From Patescibacteria group bacterium (GTDB lineage: Bacteria; Patescibacteriota; Microgenomatia; UBA10105; UBA927), in the NCBI GenBank assembly GCA_038062895.1, contig JBBTWJ010000003.1, positions 27,474-91,473 of the forward strand: DNA of 64,000 nucleotides, read 5' to 3'. Shown piece after piece: positions 1 to 9,832 of this stretch (position 1 is the stretch's first letter; every line of letters starts with the position of its first letter). Both the position numbers and the translations under genes were made by a program. The notes beneath the pieces were generated by a model. The model was not told the DNA's origin and made no database searches. It saw only the letters and a list, made by a program, of their open reading frames with translations.

Positions 1-181
1 TCCTCGGGTAAAGAAGTAGTACGAATGATTAATTTCGTACTTCTGTAACGCCTCAATCAATAATTTTGTATACATCCCAACTCCCCGGTCCTTATGACCG
101 GAATATAAGGGAGAGACATCGATAGCTATATTCATAGAATGACTAGACAAAGGACAATAAACAATAAACTGTCCTAGCTCT

Positions 182-237
182 GCTTATTGCTTATTGCTTA
201 TTGTTTATTGTTTATTGTTTATTGTTTATTGTTTTTC
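182..237. repeat. Heptanucleotide tandem repeat tract: (GCTTATT)x3 then (GTTTATT)x4-5. Its reverse complement (CAATAAA)x2 lies at 160-176, so the two form an inverted repeat. The tract spans the stop codon of the 219..1811 gene.
   Basis: Direct reading: tgcttattgcttattgcttattgtttattgtttattgtttattgtttattgtttttcg. Upstream ggacaataaacaataaactgtcc is its reverse complement. Confidence 0.8.
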
Positions 238-1811
238 GACTTCCCTAACGAAATTATACCCCATGCAGCTAAACCGACCAAACATACCAATGACAGCAAG
301 TTAACCGCAACCCGCAGCGGGGTATCAAAAAAATTTGTCGTAATCAAATGAGTACCCGGGCTAAACGGGACACTGATCATCCCCTTTTCATCCGGCGTCA
401 CATCTAAGCTCTTGCCATCCACTACGACGTTCCAGCCGGGATAATACGCCACATGGATTCGTAGTTTTCCTCCCGAAGAAGAATCGACCTCCCCGACAAA
501 CTTCGTCATTCCTTCCTCTTTCATCGTGACCGATCCTTCTCCGGAAACTATTTCCATGCGCTTTGCGGGTCTCGCCGGCTGCCACGCCATCCAGGCGGTA
601 GAAAAACCATTGCCCAGCGATGACGTCCCATCCGTAAATTCGCGTCGCGAGAGATAGTATGCATCCGGCCGTGGGGCATAGAGTACCGGCTTGGTATAGG
701 AAAATGAAACAAGGCCCGCACATAATGCGACACTTATAGCAATAAAGGGCCATCGAATCCGGGAAAACATCGCTGCCGCTAAAAACGGTGTCACAACGAA
801 GCCCACGGATAATAACCGCCATGGATATTGAAGATTAGGAAGAAGCGGCACCTTCTCCCAAACCGGAATACTAATCTCCAGCATAAGAAATAATGCAACT
901 CCTGCCGCTCCAATAAAAAGTAACGCAAATCGTTCCTTACGCCAAAACAATACCGGCGAGACGAGAAGAATAAGCATAGGGATAAATCCTATTTGATAGG
1001 ACATTTCATCCAGTGCAAAACCAGGACCGGATAGGCCTGTACCCCATGAGGGAATGAGAAGCTGTGCCAATTCGGGAAAATGATCCTGATAATTGACGGT
1101 GTTCAGTCCCACCACATACCTCCTCTCGACGAGAGCGGGAACCCAAAAATATGAAGATAAGATTATCCCCATCACCACCGCAAGCGCCAATGATCTACCC
1201 GTCATCCACGCATACACGATAATGATGGGAAGAAAAATCATCGCGATGATATTATGGCTGACAATAATTCCAGCAATCGCAAAAGCCAAAAGCGTCTTTT
1301 TTTCATAAACGACACAAGACAAAGCAATAAAGACGAATGCGATGGCCAATACTTCCCCAATTGATCCCCGCACGAATATATCGACGAACCAATATGGCGT
1401 AAACGCGCCGATCACACTTCCGGCTACCGCAGGAATTGTTCCGTATAATCGTTTCAACCAATAATACGAAGCGATAATTGCGATGATATACCCCGCTGCC
1501 ATAGTCCACCGGAACGAATCTGCGAGACTCCAACCAAAAAGATGAAAAAGTGAGCCTATATAATTAGGCAACGGGTAAAAAAATGTAAAAAGAGGCACCC
1601 CGTACCCGCTATTTAAACCCGGCGCCCAACGTGGAAAAAAATTTCCTGCGTCAAGCATCCTGCCGAACTCATAAAAACGGATCAGATGATATTCACCATC
1701 ATGCGTCGGTAAAAACCCCGGCACGAAGAGGTAACGGATGGAAATCAAGCTGATCAGAAGAACGATAATCCATCCCACCCATTCGTATATTGGTATCGTA
1801 TTATGTTTCAT
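219..1811 (-). CDS. Polytopic membrane protein, GT-C-like family with N-terminal HDGEYH...FPRW...GYG.P.F.FYPLPNY motif (YfhO/PTPS-related-like). Paralog of 8181..9827, 38515..40206 and 40203..41732.
   Basis: Long ORF with many predicted TM segments and conserved N-terminal motifs shared by four paralogs in the window. Start is placed at the internal ATG (MKHNTIPIY...), which forms an ATGA overlap with the stop of the upstream gene at 1808. The ORF track extends it to 1877. Confidence 0.5.
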   Translation of the reverse strand: MKHNTIPIYEWVGWIIVLLISLISIRYLFVPGFLPTHDGEYHLIRFYEFGRMLDAGNFFPRWAPGLNSGYGVPLFTFFYPLPNYIGSLFHLFGWSLADSFRWTMAAGYIIAIIASYYWLKRLYGTIPAVAGSVIGAFTPYWFVDIFVRGSIGEVLAIAFVFIALSCVVYEKKTLLAFAIAGIIVSHNIIAMIFLPIIIVYAWMTGRSLALAVVMGIILSSYFWVPALVERRYVVGLNTVNYQDHFPELAQLLIPSWGTGLSGPGFALDEMSYQIGFIPMLILLVSPVLFWRKERFALLFIGAAGVALFLMLEISIPVWEKVPLLPNLQYPWRLLSVGFVVTPFLAAAMFSRIRWPFIAISVALCAGLVSFSYTKPVLYAPRPDAYYLSRREFTDGTSSLGNGFSTAWMAWQPARPAKRMEIVSGEGSVTMKEEGMTKFVGEVDSSSGGKLRIHVAYYPGWNVVVDGKSLDVTPDEKGMISVPFSPGTHLITTNFFDTPLRVAVNLLSLVCLVGLAAWGIISLGKSKNNKQ

Positions 1812-3079
1812 TGCAATAATCGTATTCCGGTATAATTTACCCACAACGTGTACAGAAAAAACGGTACCATCCACCATCGTATTCTTCCGGCAGACCAGAA
1901 ATAAATCAGTATGATCAGAAGAAAAGAGAAATCAAGTGCGTAGCGGTATCCAAACTGCATCCACCCCGTGCTGTAGTAAAGAATGGTCGGCAACGCCGTC
2001 GCCGCAATTCCCAACCAAAGCGCCATAATAACATGCGTATACGTTCGCGTCTTTGACCAAACCCAAGGAAGTGTACAGAAAGCAAGAGCAAGAAGCGGAC
2101 TCAAAACAAAAATTGAATTACCGGCTAAATCGATATCGATGACCGGCCCTTTTTTCCAGAAAAAATGCGGCGATGCCACCGTCATATGCCACAGATTCCT
2201 AGGCGCATGGAAAACGGAAAACATGCCATATCGTTGTCTATTTCGGGCAAGATCCGGATCTTCCTGAATATATCGATATCCCGTCTCGAATGGATTACCA
2301 AATCTGGCAGCGTTGTAAAATAAAAAGAGAGCCGTCGTAAACATGATTGGCAATATTAACCATACAATTTTTCGTCGATCTGATGCATGCTGCTTCGTGT
2401 CATAGAGAAACAAAAAAAACGGAATAATAACAAGAAATACGAGTGTTGGTCGCCCAAGAAGGGTCAAGCTGCAACATGCAACGGAACATATATAGTCTGC
2501 TATCGATCGTTTCTTTTTAAGAATTACCGCTACGCCAAAAACCCCGATAAACGTTGAGACAGCTTGATTTACATACCAGACGCTCCCTACTGTCGAAACG
2601 TAAAACTGCATGGTACCGAACGCATAAAGAAACGTACCGAACAAAGGCATCCAGACTGATTGGCGAGGGAACCAATCGTCCCGCAAGCGCCGAAGTGCCC
2701 ACCACACCGTACCCACTGTGAGGCTTCCGAATAAAAGGCCCGTATAGATGGGAGGAACGAATCTGCCGCCCACAAGAAGCTGTAGCGGTATGTGAACAAG
2801 CGGCGCGAGCAAGCCCCAAGGGATATACCACCGGCCGTTATAGGAAATCAGATCATATGTCATTGGCGGATTGGGAATGTCCAACCGGAACGATCTCACG
2901 GAAAGTGCCATAGCATTGACATAGTCTATAACCCATGGTGGATGAAACGTCCATCCTGTCGCCATGCCAAAGTACAACACAAATACCACTGCGACGATCA
3001 CTGCCATAGGGATCAATTTACTTGCGGCCGCATATTTATTGATCCTTTTAAAGTTCATAGACTGTAATTGTTTCATCAC
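1808..3079 (-). CDS. Polytopic integral membrane protein, probable GT-C-fold glycosyltransferase (unassigned family).
   Basis: 423-aa ORF, hydrophobic throughout, sitting in an operon of GT-C genes. Exact start is ambiguous (M1, M2 or M8). Confidence 0.45.
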   Translation of the reverse strand: MMKQLQSMNFKRINKYAAASKLIPMAVIVAVVFVLYFGMATGWTFHPPWVIDYVNAMALSVRSFRLDIPNPPMTYDLISYNGRWYIPWGLLAPLVHIPLQLLVGGRFVPPIYTGLLFGSLTVGTVWWALRRLRDDWFPRQSVWMPLFGTFLYAFGTMQFYVSTVGSVWYVNQAVSTFIGVFGVAVILKKKRSIADYICSVACCSLTLLGRPTLVFLVIIPFFLFLYDTKQHASDRRKIVWLILPIMFTTALFLFYNAARFGNPFETGYRYIQEDPDLARNRQRYGMFSVFHAPRNLWHMTVASPHFFWKKGPVIDIDLAGNSIFVLSPLLALAFCTLPWVWSKTRTYTHVIMALWLGIAATALPTILYYSTGWMQFGYRYALDFSFLLIILIYFWSAGRIRWWMVPFFLYTLWVNYTGIRLLQ

Positions 3080-4658
3080 TATAAACGACAGGCAATATAG
3101 ACTTTATTTTTTCTTCGTCAACGGTGTATGGGAAATCTTTCCTATCAATTGGGATAGCTATGTAATGAATATTCTGTTTCTTCATTTCGCCAATCGTACT
3201 GCGATGAACATTGCCTAACCACGTATCAATTTGTTTTCTTCTCCCCCAATAATCATATCCCATGACGGAAACGTAATATTCCAAACCAAGATAATTCTTG
3301 CGGCCTGCGATGGCAATAGGATCATAAAGCGCGTGCTTGGAAATAAATATGCTGGATGGATCAGTCTCTATCTCTACCCATCGGGAAAAATTGCTCCGTC
3401 CAACATCGTCAATCATTGTTTGATAATCATTTTTCACGACCATCAGATTAAATAATCCTGAAGCTATTAGGATGACGAAAGCACTTGTCCCAATAATTTT
3501 CCATAGAACCCCGCGCATCCGCCACCAAGCCACCAATAAGTTTGCTATGAAAGGGAGCCATAAAACCGTCGCATAATTAATAAGTGAATGATTATGTTCG
3601 ATGCGGTAGCTGATCTGCAATGTATTGGCGAGGATAAATAGTATACCCGCTCCGATCATCAGGCGCCGGCCGATCGCATTCGTTACCACCCAGGATAAGG
3701 GCATCAATACTACGAGAAGACCAAGATTGTAAATCCAAAACCAACCCCAGGAATCCATAGAAAACGGCCGCGGCGCCAGATACCCGGGATTCCAAAGTTG
3801 AGGTACTCCAACTGCGGATCTCATTGAAAAAATCCCTATGAGATGCGGTGCAGATGCGAGGACTGCCGCCCCCGCAAACAAGAGTAACGCTCTTGTTCTT
3901 TTTCCAAAAAGAAGGATGATTACTGAAATTCCGGTCGCCACGGCGATCACGAGGTGGACTCTGGTTGCAAATCCGATCACAATACCCACGAATATCCATC
4001 GCATATTCGATGTCCGCTTGTTTTCCTGAAGCCATCTAACGGTCATCCAGATGACCAATACCGCAATAGCCATACCGACGACAAGGTGACGTTGGTTAAG
4101 ATACGGCGCAAGCGTCGCATAGATAGTTATGACCGATCCATCAAACGGCCCCTGGTGGAGATAATCCGGATATCGCCAAAATCCGGTAAAAAATGAAAAA
4201 TCCTTTGGCGCCAGTCTTAAAATCTCGACAAATGAGAAATTGCTCGGTAAAAGAAAAAAAGCGATAGACAGCAAACCCGCTATTCGTGATCCATGAGATA
4301 CTAATCCCGTCAACCGATACAAACCATACAGCAGTACGGTCAGCGCAACAGCACTTACTCCATTGAGCGCATAGTCAATTCGTATCCCCTGCCCAACCAT
4401 CTGCCCTACGAGCCAATCAATTGCATAGTGATATACCAAAGGCTTTCCCGGAAAAAATGGTGACTGGGCAGGGACGTTTTTACCCCATGCAAATGACCGG
4501 ATGAGGCTAATATGAAGCCCGAAATCTCCTACTTCGTGACGGGCTACACGGAATTGGGACGCACCGGTATCGTAACCGAAACTCTTCGCCATAAGCCACC
4601 AGGAAAAGATCAAAAGCGCCGAAACGAGGATGATGTCAATGAAGGCGTGTTTTACCAT
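3048..4658 (-). CDS. Polytopic membrane protein, GT-C/GT39-like (HEVGDFGLH...SPFFPGKPLVYHY N-terminal motif).
   Basis: 536-aa ORF with a hydrophobic profile and context. The family call is based on recalled resemblance, not a search. Confidence 0.4.
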   Translation of the reverse strand: MVKHAFIDIILVSALLIFSWWLMAKSFGYDTGASQFRVARHEVGDFGLHISLIRSFAWGKNVPAQSPFFPGKPLVYHYAIDWLVGQMVGQGIRIDYALNGVSAVALTVLLYGLYRLTGLVSHGSRIAGLLSIAFFLLPSNFSFVEILRLAPKDFSFFTGFWRYPDYLHQGPFDGSVITIYATLAPYLNQRHLVVGMAIAVLVIWMTVRWLQENKRTSNMRWIFVGIVIGFATRVHLVIAVATGISVIILLFGKRTRALLLFAGAAVLASAPHLIGIFSMRSAVGVPQLWNPGYLAPRPFSMDSWGWFWIYNLGLLVVLMPLSWVVTNAIGRRLMIGAGILFILANTLQISYRIEHNHSLINYATVLWLPFIANLLVAWWRMRGVLWKIIGTSAFVILIASGLFNLMVVKNDYQTMIDDVGRSNFSRWVEIETDPSSIFISKHALYDPIAIAGRKNYLGLEYYVSVMGYDYWGRRKQIDTWLGNVHRSTIGEMKKQNIHYIAIPIDRKDFPYTVDEEKIKSILPVVYSDETITVYEL

Positions 4659-5748
4659 ACATAAGGGTACTGACTAAAGCCGGCACAAACGTCACTATTT
4701 TTTTAATCAACGGGGTCATGCCGCCCCAGGAACGGGTGTAAAAAAACGGCACAATCCGCAAACTTAGCCCCAATGAAAACCCGTATGATGCCGCGTAGAG
4801 CACGGTGGGCTTATCCACAAGAGCCAGAAACGTAAGCGGCCAAATGAAGTACCACGCATACATTTCTTCCCGAAAGGGCGATAAAAAGAAAATCATATAC
4901 ATAGCGATACTTGCCCAATACCACACCCGGGACGGCGGAAGTGGTCTCTTATTCCACACTGAATACAGAAACCACAATAATACGGGTACCAGAAAAAGCG
5001 TTGCTCCTTTAATGAAGATGGAACCAATGAGTAATACTATTCCCATCACAAACTTGCGGCGCTTTATACATAAAAACGATGCGAGCGCCAGAGTCATCAT
5101 GACCACGTCATTATGTCCGTCAACGAGTGTCGAGAGGACCACTAACGGATTGAGCGCAAAAAACGCAAGGGCCCACGGCTTCTTCTGTGAAGCTATCCAG
5201 ATGAGGTAACAAAGGACGAGATACCAAAATACGATAAAAATTTTGAATGTAAATAATGTAAGCAATAGATTTCCGAACCCCATGAAATGCGGTATACCGG
5301 TCAATACAATCCATACCGGACCATAGAGCGCTACCTTATTTGCCGCGTGCAGAAACGAAAAACTCGGCTCGCCGGACAGATCGATAGGCATGATGATGTA
5401 TGGGTTCTCCCGATAGAAAAATGTGACTTTGGCTGTCGCAATGTAATTAAAAATATCGTTTGACAGAGCCGGATAGGACCACATGAGGATAACGACGGTG
5501 GCAACAATCGCCAACCAAACATGTTTTGAAGTCAACAATCCCTTTTTGATGCTATGTAATATCCAAACATACCATCCAAAGAGAGCTACAACACTTGCGG
5601 TATACCATGCAGTCGGATAGAGAGTCTTGAAATAAATAATAGGCTGAAGTGAAACGATGTGGGGCAAAGACGAATTTGCATCGACAAATCCCCAGGAAAT
5701 AATGGTAAAAACGATCAAAACAAGCCCATAAAACAAATTTAATGCCAT
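4636..5748 (-). CDS. Polytopic membrane protein, DUF2029/GT87-like. Paralog of 43287..44435 (shared SNDIFNY / NPY motifs).
   Basis: ORF track 4636..5871. Start refined to the internal ATG (MALNLFYGLVLIVF...) to avoid a 133-nt overlap with the upstream gene. Shares a conserved motif block with the paralog at 43.3 kb. Confidence 0.45.
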   Translation of the reverse strand: MALNLFYGLVLIVFTIISWGFVDANSSLPHIVSLQPIIYFKTLYPTAWYTASVVALFGWYVWILHSIKKGLLTSKHVWLAIVATVVILMWSYPALSNDIFNYIATAKVTFFYRENPYIIMPIDLSGEPSFSFLHAANKVALYGPVWIVLTGIPHFMGFGNLLLTLFTFKIFIVFWYLVLCYLIWIASQKKPWALAFFALNPLVVLSTLVDGHNDVVMMTLALASFLCIKRRKFVMGIVLLIGSIFIKGATLFLVPVLLWFLYSVWNKRPLPPSRVWYWASIAMYMIFFLSPFREEMYAWYFIWPLTFLALVDKPTVLYAASYGFSLGLSLRIVPFFYTRSWGGMTPLIKKIVTFVPALVSTLMYGKTRLH

Positions 5749-6872
5749 ATTTTTCGTAATCCCCACCGGAGAATCCAAACCCCTACGATATATGAAACAG
5801 GAAACAACGGCAGAAAAAATCGGGATGAAACCACGCCGAGAGAGAGAAAGGCGCTCATAACCATAAACCATACTATCAGCAGCGAAACCGGATCCTTCAT
5901 CGAAATTTTACGGGACGCAAAAAGCCCAATTGCTATCCACCCCAATACCGTGCTTACCGGCCATGTCCATCGCCAGTCGTCGGCTGAAAGGATACGCATA
6001 TCACCCCACCACGCCTGCCATTGATTAAAAAAAAGAAAAGGCCATACGGAAAAAGGAAATATAAGCTTGCTTTGCTGATACAAAAAAATCCACTTCTGAA
6101 ATCCAATAAATTCGGCAATCGTATATCCGCTCATAAAAGTTCTCGTATAGGAAGCCACAAAAATAATACCGGAAATACTCAACCATAGACTTAACCGCAC
6201 TATCTGCTTCCATTGACGCTGCAAACCAAGAAACGCCATAAACGTAGCGACCAGTAAAATCGCAGGAACCACGGTCTTCGTCGCCATAACCAGTCCAATC
6301 ATAACTGCGGTTACAAAAAATGACCTTCGAGACCTCTCCCATAAAAATGCCGCAATAGCAAATAATAACCACGGAAGCTGAATGATATCTAAAAGCGGGG
6401 CAATACGAATTTGACCCAAAAAAAGAGGCTCTGTCGTAAGGACCGCCACAGGAATAAGCGCCGCTACCTTATCTTTAAGCGTCATTGAGCCGATGATCCA
6501 GACCGCCACTAGCGTGAGTATAGCGCTTGGCAACACGATAAACTTGTCATTTTTCATGACAAGAATAAAGAGACCGATCATATATTTACCAAGCGGTGTG
6601 TGCTCAGAATTAATAAGGATGGGATCGACACCCCGGATATAGGCTCCTGCTGCGTAACTAAAAACCGTCTCATCGGGAATAATCCCTGCGTTTTCTTTCC
6701 TGCGGTACTGCGACCCGTCATACGCTTCCCGAAACCCCTTATACATATCATCGGTGTAATACCCAGATGTATACCCCACCCATAAAGGACTGATCGTCTG
6801 TATCAGCGTTAGAACCGTAATTCCCAATAACATCAACGCGACGAGTGTTCGCAATGGAATAAATCTTTTCAT
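5739..6872 (-). CDS. GT39/PMT-like phospholipid-carrier-dependent glycosyltransferase (membrane).
   Basis: 377-aa polytopic ORF. General resemblance to the ArnT/PMT family. Sits in an operon of related genes. Confidence 0.4.
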   Translation of the reverse strand: MKRFIPLRTLVALMLLGITVLTLIQTISPLWVGYTSGYYTDDMYKGFREAYDGSQYRRKENAGIIPDETVFSYAAGAYIRGVDPILINSEHTPLGKYMIGLFILVMKNDKFIVLPSAILTLVAVWIIGSMTLKDKVAALIPVAVLTTEPLFLGQIRIAPLLDIIQLPWLLFAIAAFLWERSRRSFFVTAVMIGLVMATKTVVPAILLVATFMAFLGLQRQWKQIVRLSLWLSISGIIFVASYTRTFMSGYTIAEFIGFQKWIFLYQQSKLIFPFSVWPFLFFNQWQAWWGDMRILSADDWRWTWPVSTVLGWIAIGLFASRKISMKDPVSLLIVWFMVMSAFLSLGVVSSRFFLPLFPVSYIVGVWILRWGLRKIWH

Positions 6873-7417
6873 GGAAGTTTAGGTAACGCGTCACTGCGGA
6901 TACGCTCTGCTTCAGAGAGCGCTGCATGTAAGCCAAGCACTTGAGGAGCTTTTTTCTCCGGAGTCCAAGTAAACTCTTCAGGTACATCCTTTTTGATCTT
7001 AACAATCAACCGCTTGTGCTCTTCCAGTGCCGCCATAAACTCCTGTTTATATTTCTCTATATTCTTTCCTTCATCCCTAGCCTGTCTCAAGGAAACGGAA
7101 ACGCGCGGAAGAGCAATATTGGATCGCTCAAGGGCGTCAAGCGCCAATAGGTATTGGTTATACTCGAAGAGTATTTTGGCTTCCACTAGCGCTTTATCTG
7201 ACTGTTCCAACTCATACCGGTATGAAGCCAAGTTCCCCCAATACCAATATTTCTTCGCTTCATCAATTACCCGGGAGACGCGATACAGTTTATTCCCGGG
7301 CATGTAGGAGGGATAGGGCAAGACATAAGCGGCGGTGACTTTCTGCAGGGGTAGATAGCAGATAACAGATAACAGAAAGCAGAAAGAAAGCAATAATAAT
7401 TTTCTTTTATTATTCAT
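6869..7417 (-). CDS. Secreted or periplasmic protein with N-terminal signal peptide, unknown function.
   Basis: N-terminal KRKLLLLSFCFLLSVICYLPLQ hydrophobic segment followed by a charged, helical body. The signal peptide is encoded by a heptamer repeat tract. Confidence 0.45.
   Translation of the reverse strand: MNNKRKLLLLSFCFLLSVICYLPLQKVTAAYVLPYPSYMPGNKLYRVSRVIDEAKKYWYWGNLASYRYELEQSDKALVEAKILFEYNQYLLALDALERSNIALPRVSVSLRQARDEGKNIEKYKQEFMAALEEHKRLIVKIKKDVPEEFTWTPEKKAPQVLGLHAALSEAERIRSDALPKLP
7353..7390. repeat. Heptanucleotide repeat tract (AGATAAC/AGAAAGC-type, x5) encoding the signal peptide LLSVICYL of the 6869..7417 product.
   Basis: Direct reading: agatagcagataacagataacagaaagcagaaagaaagc. 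Confidence 0.7.
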
Positions 7418-8184
7418 GATCGTTGTTGATTTTTAATATAGCGCATATATGCTAAAGGGTGATGCAACGCTGAAAATAAAGCGAAGAGAAATCCCCAATA
7501 CCCGTCAACAAACCCTTTGTGCCGCATGAATATGGAAAAAAATGTTACGACCGGTTTGAAAAAGTTGTACTCCACATACGTTAATAAGTTCAACGGTAAT
7601 TTTTTTTCTTTATACTCTTGCGCCGTCAACGAAATATACGCATTTGCCTTTCTCCAGTAATCTCCAATCGAACCGTATGGATAATGTAGCAACGGGTTGT
7701 TGAGATGCCCCACTTTTCCGTCAACCACAATCTGTTCGTGGACGCTCTTACAGGGAAAATGCGCACTTCCCCGCCTGATAAGCCGGATGAGATAATCCGG
7801 ATACTGACCGCCTTTACTTAACCACCGTCCACAGAAAAAATTCTTTCTTGGAATAAAATATCCCTTATCTGTTATCTGTTGTCTGTTATCTGTTATCTGT
7901 CGAATCTCTTTTGCAAGCTCTGGCGTCACTACCTCATCAGCGTCAAGCTGGAGAATCCAGTCTCCTTTACACGCTTCTAGCGCTTTTTGCTTGTTGATGT
8001 GAAAAATAGGCGGATTATCCGTCTGTATAATACGGGCTTTATACTTGGCAGCTGTCTCAAGGGTTCGGTCGACCGATCCTCCATCCACAAGAACAATCTC
8101 ATCGGTCCACGATACGATAGAAGCTAAACAAGCATCAAGCTTCTTTTCTTCGTTATATGTGGCGATAGCGACGGAAAGTTTCAT
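7414..8184 (-). CDS. GT2 family glycosyltransferase, WaaE/KdtX-like. Paralog of 33152..33919 and 35457..36359.
   Basis: N-terminal LSVAIATYNEEKKLDACLASIVSWTDEIVLVDGGSVDRT followed by a DADE (DxD) motif. A typical GT2 fold signature. Confidence 0.75.
   Translation of the reverse strand: MKLSVAIATYNEEKKLDACLASIVSWTDEIVLVDGGSVDRTLETAAKYKARIIQTDNPPIFHINKQKALEACKGDWILQLDADEVVTPELAKEIRQITDNRQQITDKGYFIPRKNFFCGRWLSKGGQYPDYLIRLIRRGSAHFPCKSVHEQIVVDGKVGHLNNPLLHYPYGSIGDYWRKANAYISLTAQEYKEKKLPLNLLTYVEYNFFKPVVTFFSIFMRHKGFVDGYWGFLFALFSALHHPLAYMRYIKNQQRS
7866..7900. repeat. (TTATCTG)x5 heptanucleotide tandem repeat inside the GT2 CDS. On the coding strand it encodes QITDNRQQITDKG.
   Basis: Direct reading: ttatctgttatctgttgtctgttatctgttatctg. 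Confidence 0.8.
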
Positions 8185-9827
8185 AATGAACGACCTTTTT
8201 TACGTTGAAAAAACACAGTGAAAAGCAAAATGATTAAACCTCCTAGGCTCAATAAGTTTGCCGCCATGCGTAGTTTCGTTTCTCCGAAGCGTACTACAAC
8301 ACGGTGGTCTCCCGCGGAAGTCTGAAACGTCATGAGTCCACGATAATTAGGATCCTGGTAAATAAGATCACGGACAAGATCCAGAGGCCTCCCGTCTACG
8401 AATACCTCCCACCCGGGAAAATACAATGTATTCTCGAGAATTCTTACATCCGTTGCCGCACTCACCACAAACTCATGACGCGTACTACTGCGGTGACCAG
8501 AAAGAATGGTTCCCTGTCCTTCAATAACTTCGTATTGAGCGAGCGGCCGATGCTCCATAAAGCGTATGGACCAAATAGGGCTGCTCTCGCCCGTGTCCGT
8601 GGTTCCTTCATAAATATCGCTGTAATATGCATCCGGCTTGACGATATATTCTGGTGCGCGCCACATAGGTACCGTGGATACCACGATAACGGACAATAAA
8701 CAAAAAACAGTAAACACGCGGAGTCGCTTTGGAATGTACGCGACAGTGATTGCACCCACAACAGATGAAAGAATCACCGTTACGGTTAACAGTCTCCATG
8801 GAAATTGAAATTTTTGTAAGAGCGTTACGGTATTCCATACAATTTTTGATCCATCCGTCATCAGCCATAACGTCACCAAAATACACACCAATGCGCCCCC
8901 CACGAACCATCGCACGAAACGCACTTTGGTGCGAAAAAATAAGATAAGCGCGGCCGAGATGCTCACCCACTGCGGAAGCCCCAACGCTTTCGTAAACTCT
9001 TGGCCTCCGCCATAGTTCCAGGGCGATATAAAAAACCATTGCCACGGGACAAACCGGTCAGTAAAGTCTCCCTTCGTCACGATGTCCCGAAGCGTATATT
9101 TACCTTCAAAAAATGCCGGTATCCAGAAGAAAGCGCTTAAGACAAAACCGAGTAGTGAATAGTGAGTAGTGAGTAGTAAAAAGCGAGAGGAACGCTTGGA
9201 TTCAAATACATATAAATATATTGTATATCCTATTATTAATGGCAATACCATGATGGCGATAGCATTATGGGACAAAAGTAGCCCTGCCATCGCCAGCGCG
9301 GTAATCACTCCGCCCGATTTGCTCTGATGATTTCTTGCTAAAGTGAGTAAACCATAAAAAATAAGCGGTGGAAAAATAAATGCGACGTGCTCCCCTATCG
9401 CCCCGCGTACATACAGATCAACGAACCGGTAGGGAGCAAAACCATAGAGTATGGCGGCAGCAAATCCGGGGACTGCTCCCCATGCAGCCCGCGCAAACAC
9501 ATACATCGCCAGCATGCTTACCACAAAGGAAACTACAAAGACGAGCTTCGTGCTATCGACAAACGAAAATCCTATCGCATGAAATAGTGACGCTATATAA
9601 GAAGGAAAGGGATAAAGAAACATGAGGATTGGATGCCCATATCCCCAGTTTAGGTTACCCGCCCAACGGGGGATAAGATTTCCTTCAGAAAGCGACGTAT
9701 AAAAATTGGCAATCCGGGCGACGTGATCGGGCGTATCATGCCCCCTGGGGAGTCCAGGGTGAAGAAGATCAAATAATGGCAATAATGCAATCACTACGAG
9801 AACAACAATGAGTATTCGTGCTTTCAT
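8181..9827 (-). CDS. Polytopic membrane protein, GT-C-like HD..H family (paralog of 219..1811).
   Basis: N-terminal PRGHDTPDHVARIANFY...LIPRWAGNLNWGYGHPILMFLYPFPSY conserved with paralogs. ATGA overlap with the downstream GT2 gene. Confidence 0.5.
   Translation of the reverse strand: MKARILIVVLVVIALLPLFDLLHPGLPRGHDTPDHVARIANFYTSLSEGNLIPRWAGNLNWGYGHPILMFLYPFPSYIASLFHAIGFSFVDSTKLVFVVSFVVSMLAMYVFARAAWGAVPGFAAAILYGFAPYRFVDLYVRGAIGEHVAFIFPPLIFYGLLTLARNHQSKSGGVITALAMAGLLLSHNAIAIMVLPLIIGYTIYLYVFESKRSSRFLLLTTHYSLLGFVLSAFFWIPAFFEGKYTLRDIVTKGDFTDRFVPWQWFFISPWNYGGGQEFTKALGLPQWVSISAALILFFRTKVRFVRWFVGGALVCILVTLWLMTDGSKIVWNTVTLLQKFQFPWRLLTVTVILSSVVGAITVAYIPKRLRVFTVFCLLSVIVVSTVPMWRAPEYIVKPDAYYSDIYEGTTDTGESSPIWSIRFMEHRPLAQYEVIEGQGTILSGHRSSTRHEFVVSAATDVRILENTLYFPGWEVFVDGRPLDLVRDLIYQDPNYRGLMTFQTSAGDHRVVVRFGETKLRMAANLLSLGGLIILLFTVFFQRKKGRSL
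9151..9178. repeat. (AGTAGTG)x4 heptanucleotide repeat inside the 8181..9827 CDS (encodes LLLTTHYSLL).
   Basis: Direct reading: agtagtgaatagtgagtagtgagtagta. Confidence 0.7.
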
Positions 9828-9832
9828 AAAGA

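Noticed and set aside
12-42. Short hairpin GAAGTAGTACGAA...TTCGTACTTC at the window start, with partial similarity to the element arm core (GTAGTA..GAA).
   Set aside because: The similarity is only ~8 nt, with no CCAGG core and no paired second arm. It is most likely coincidental and too weak to call a fifth element.
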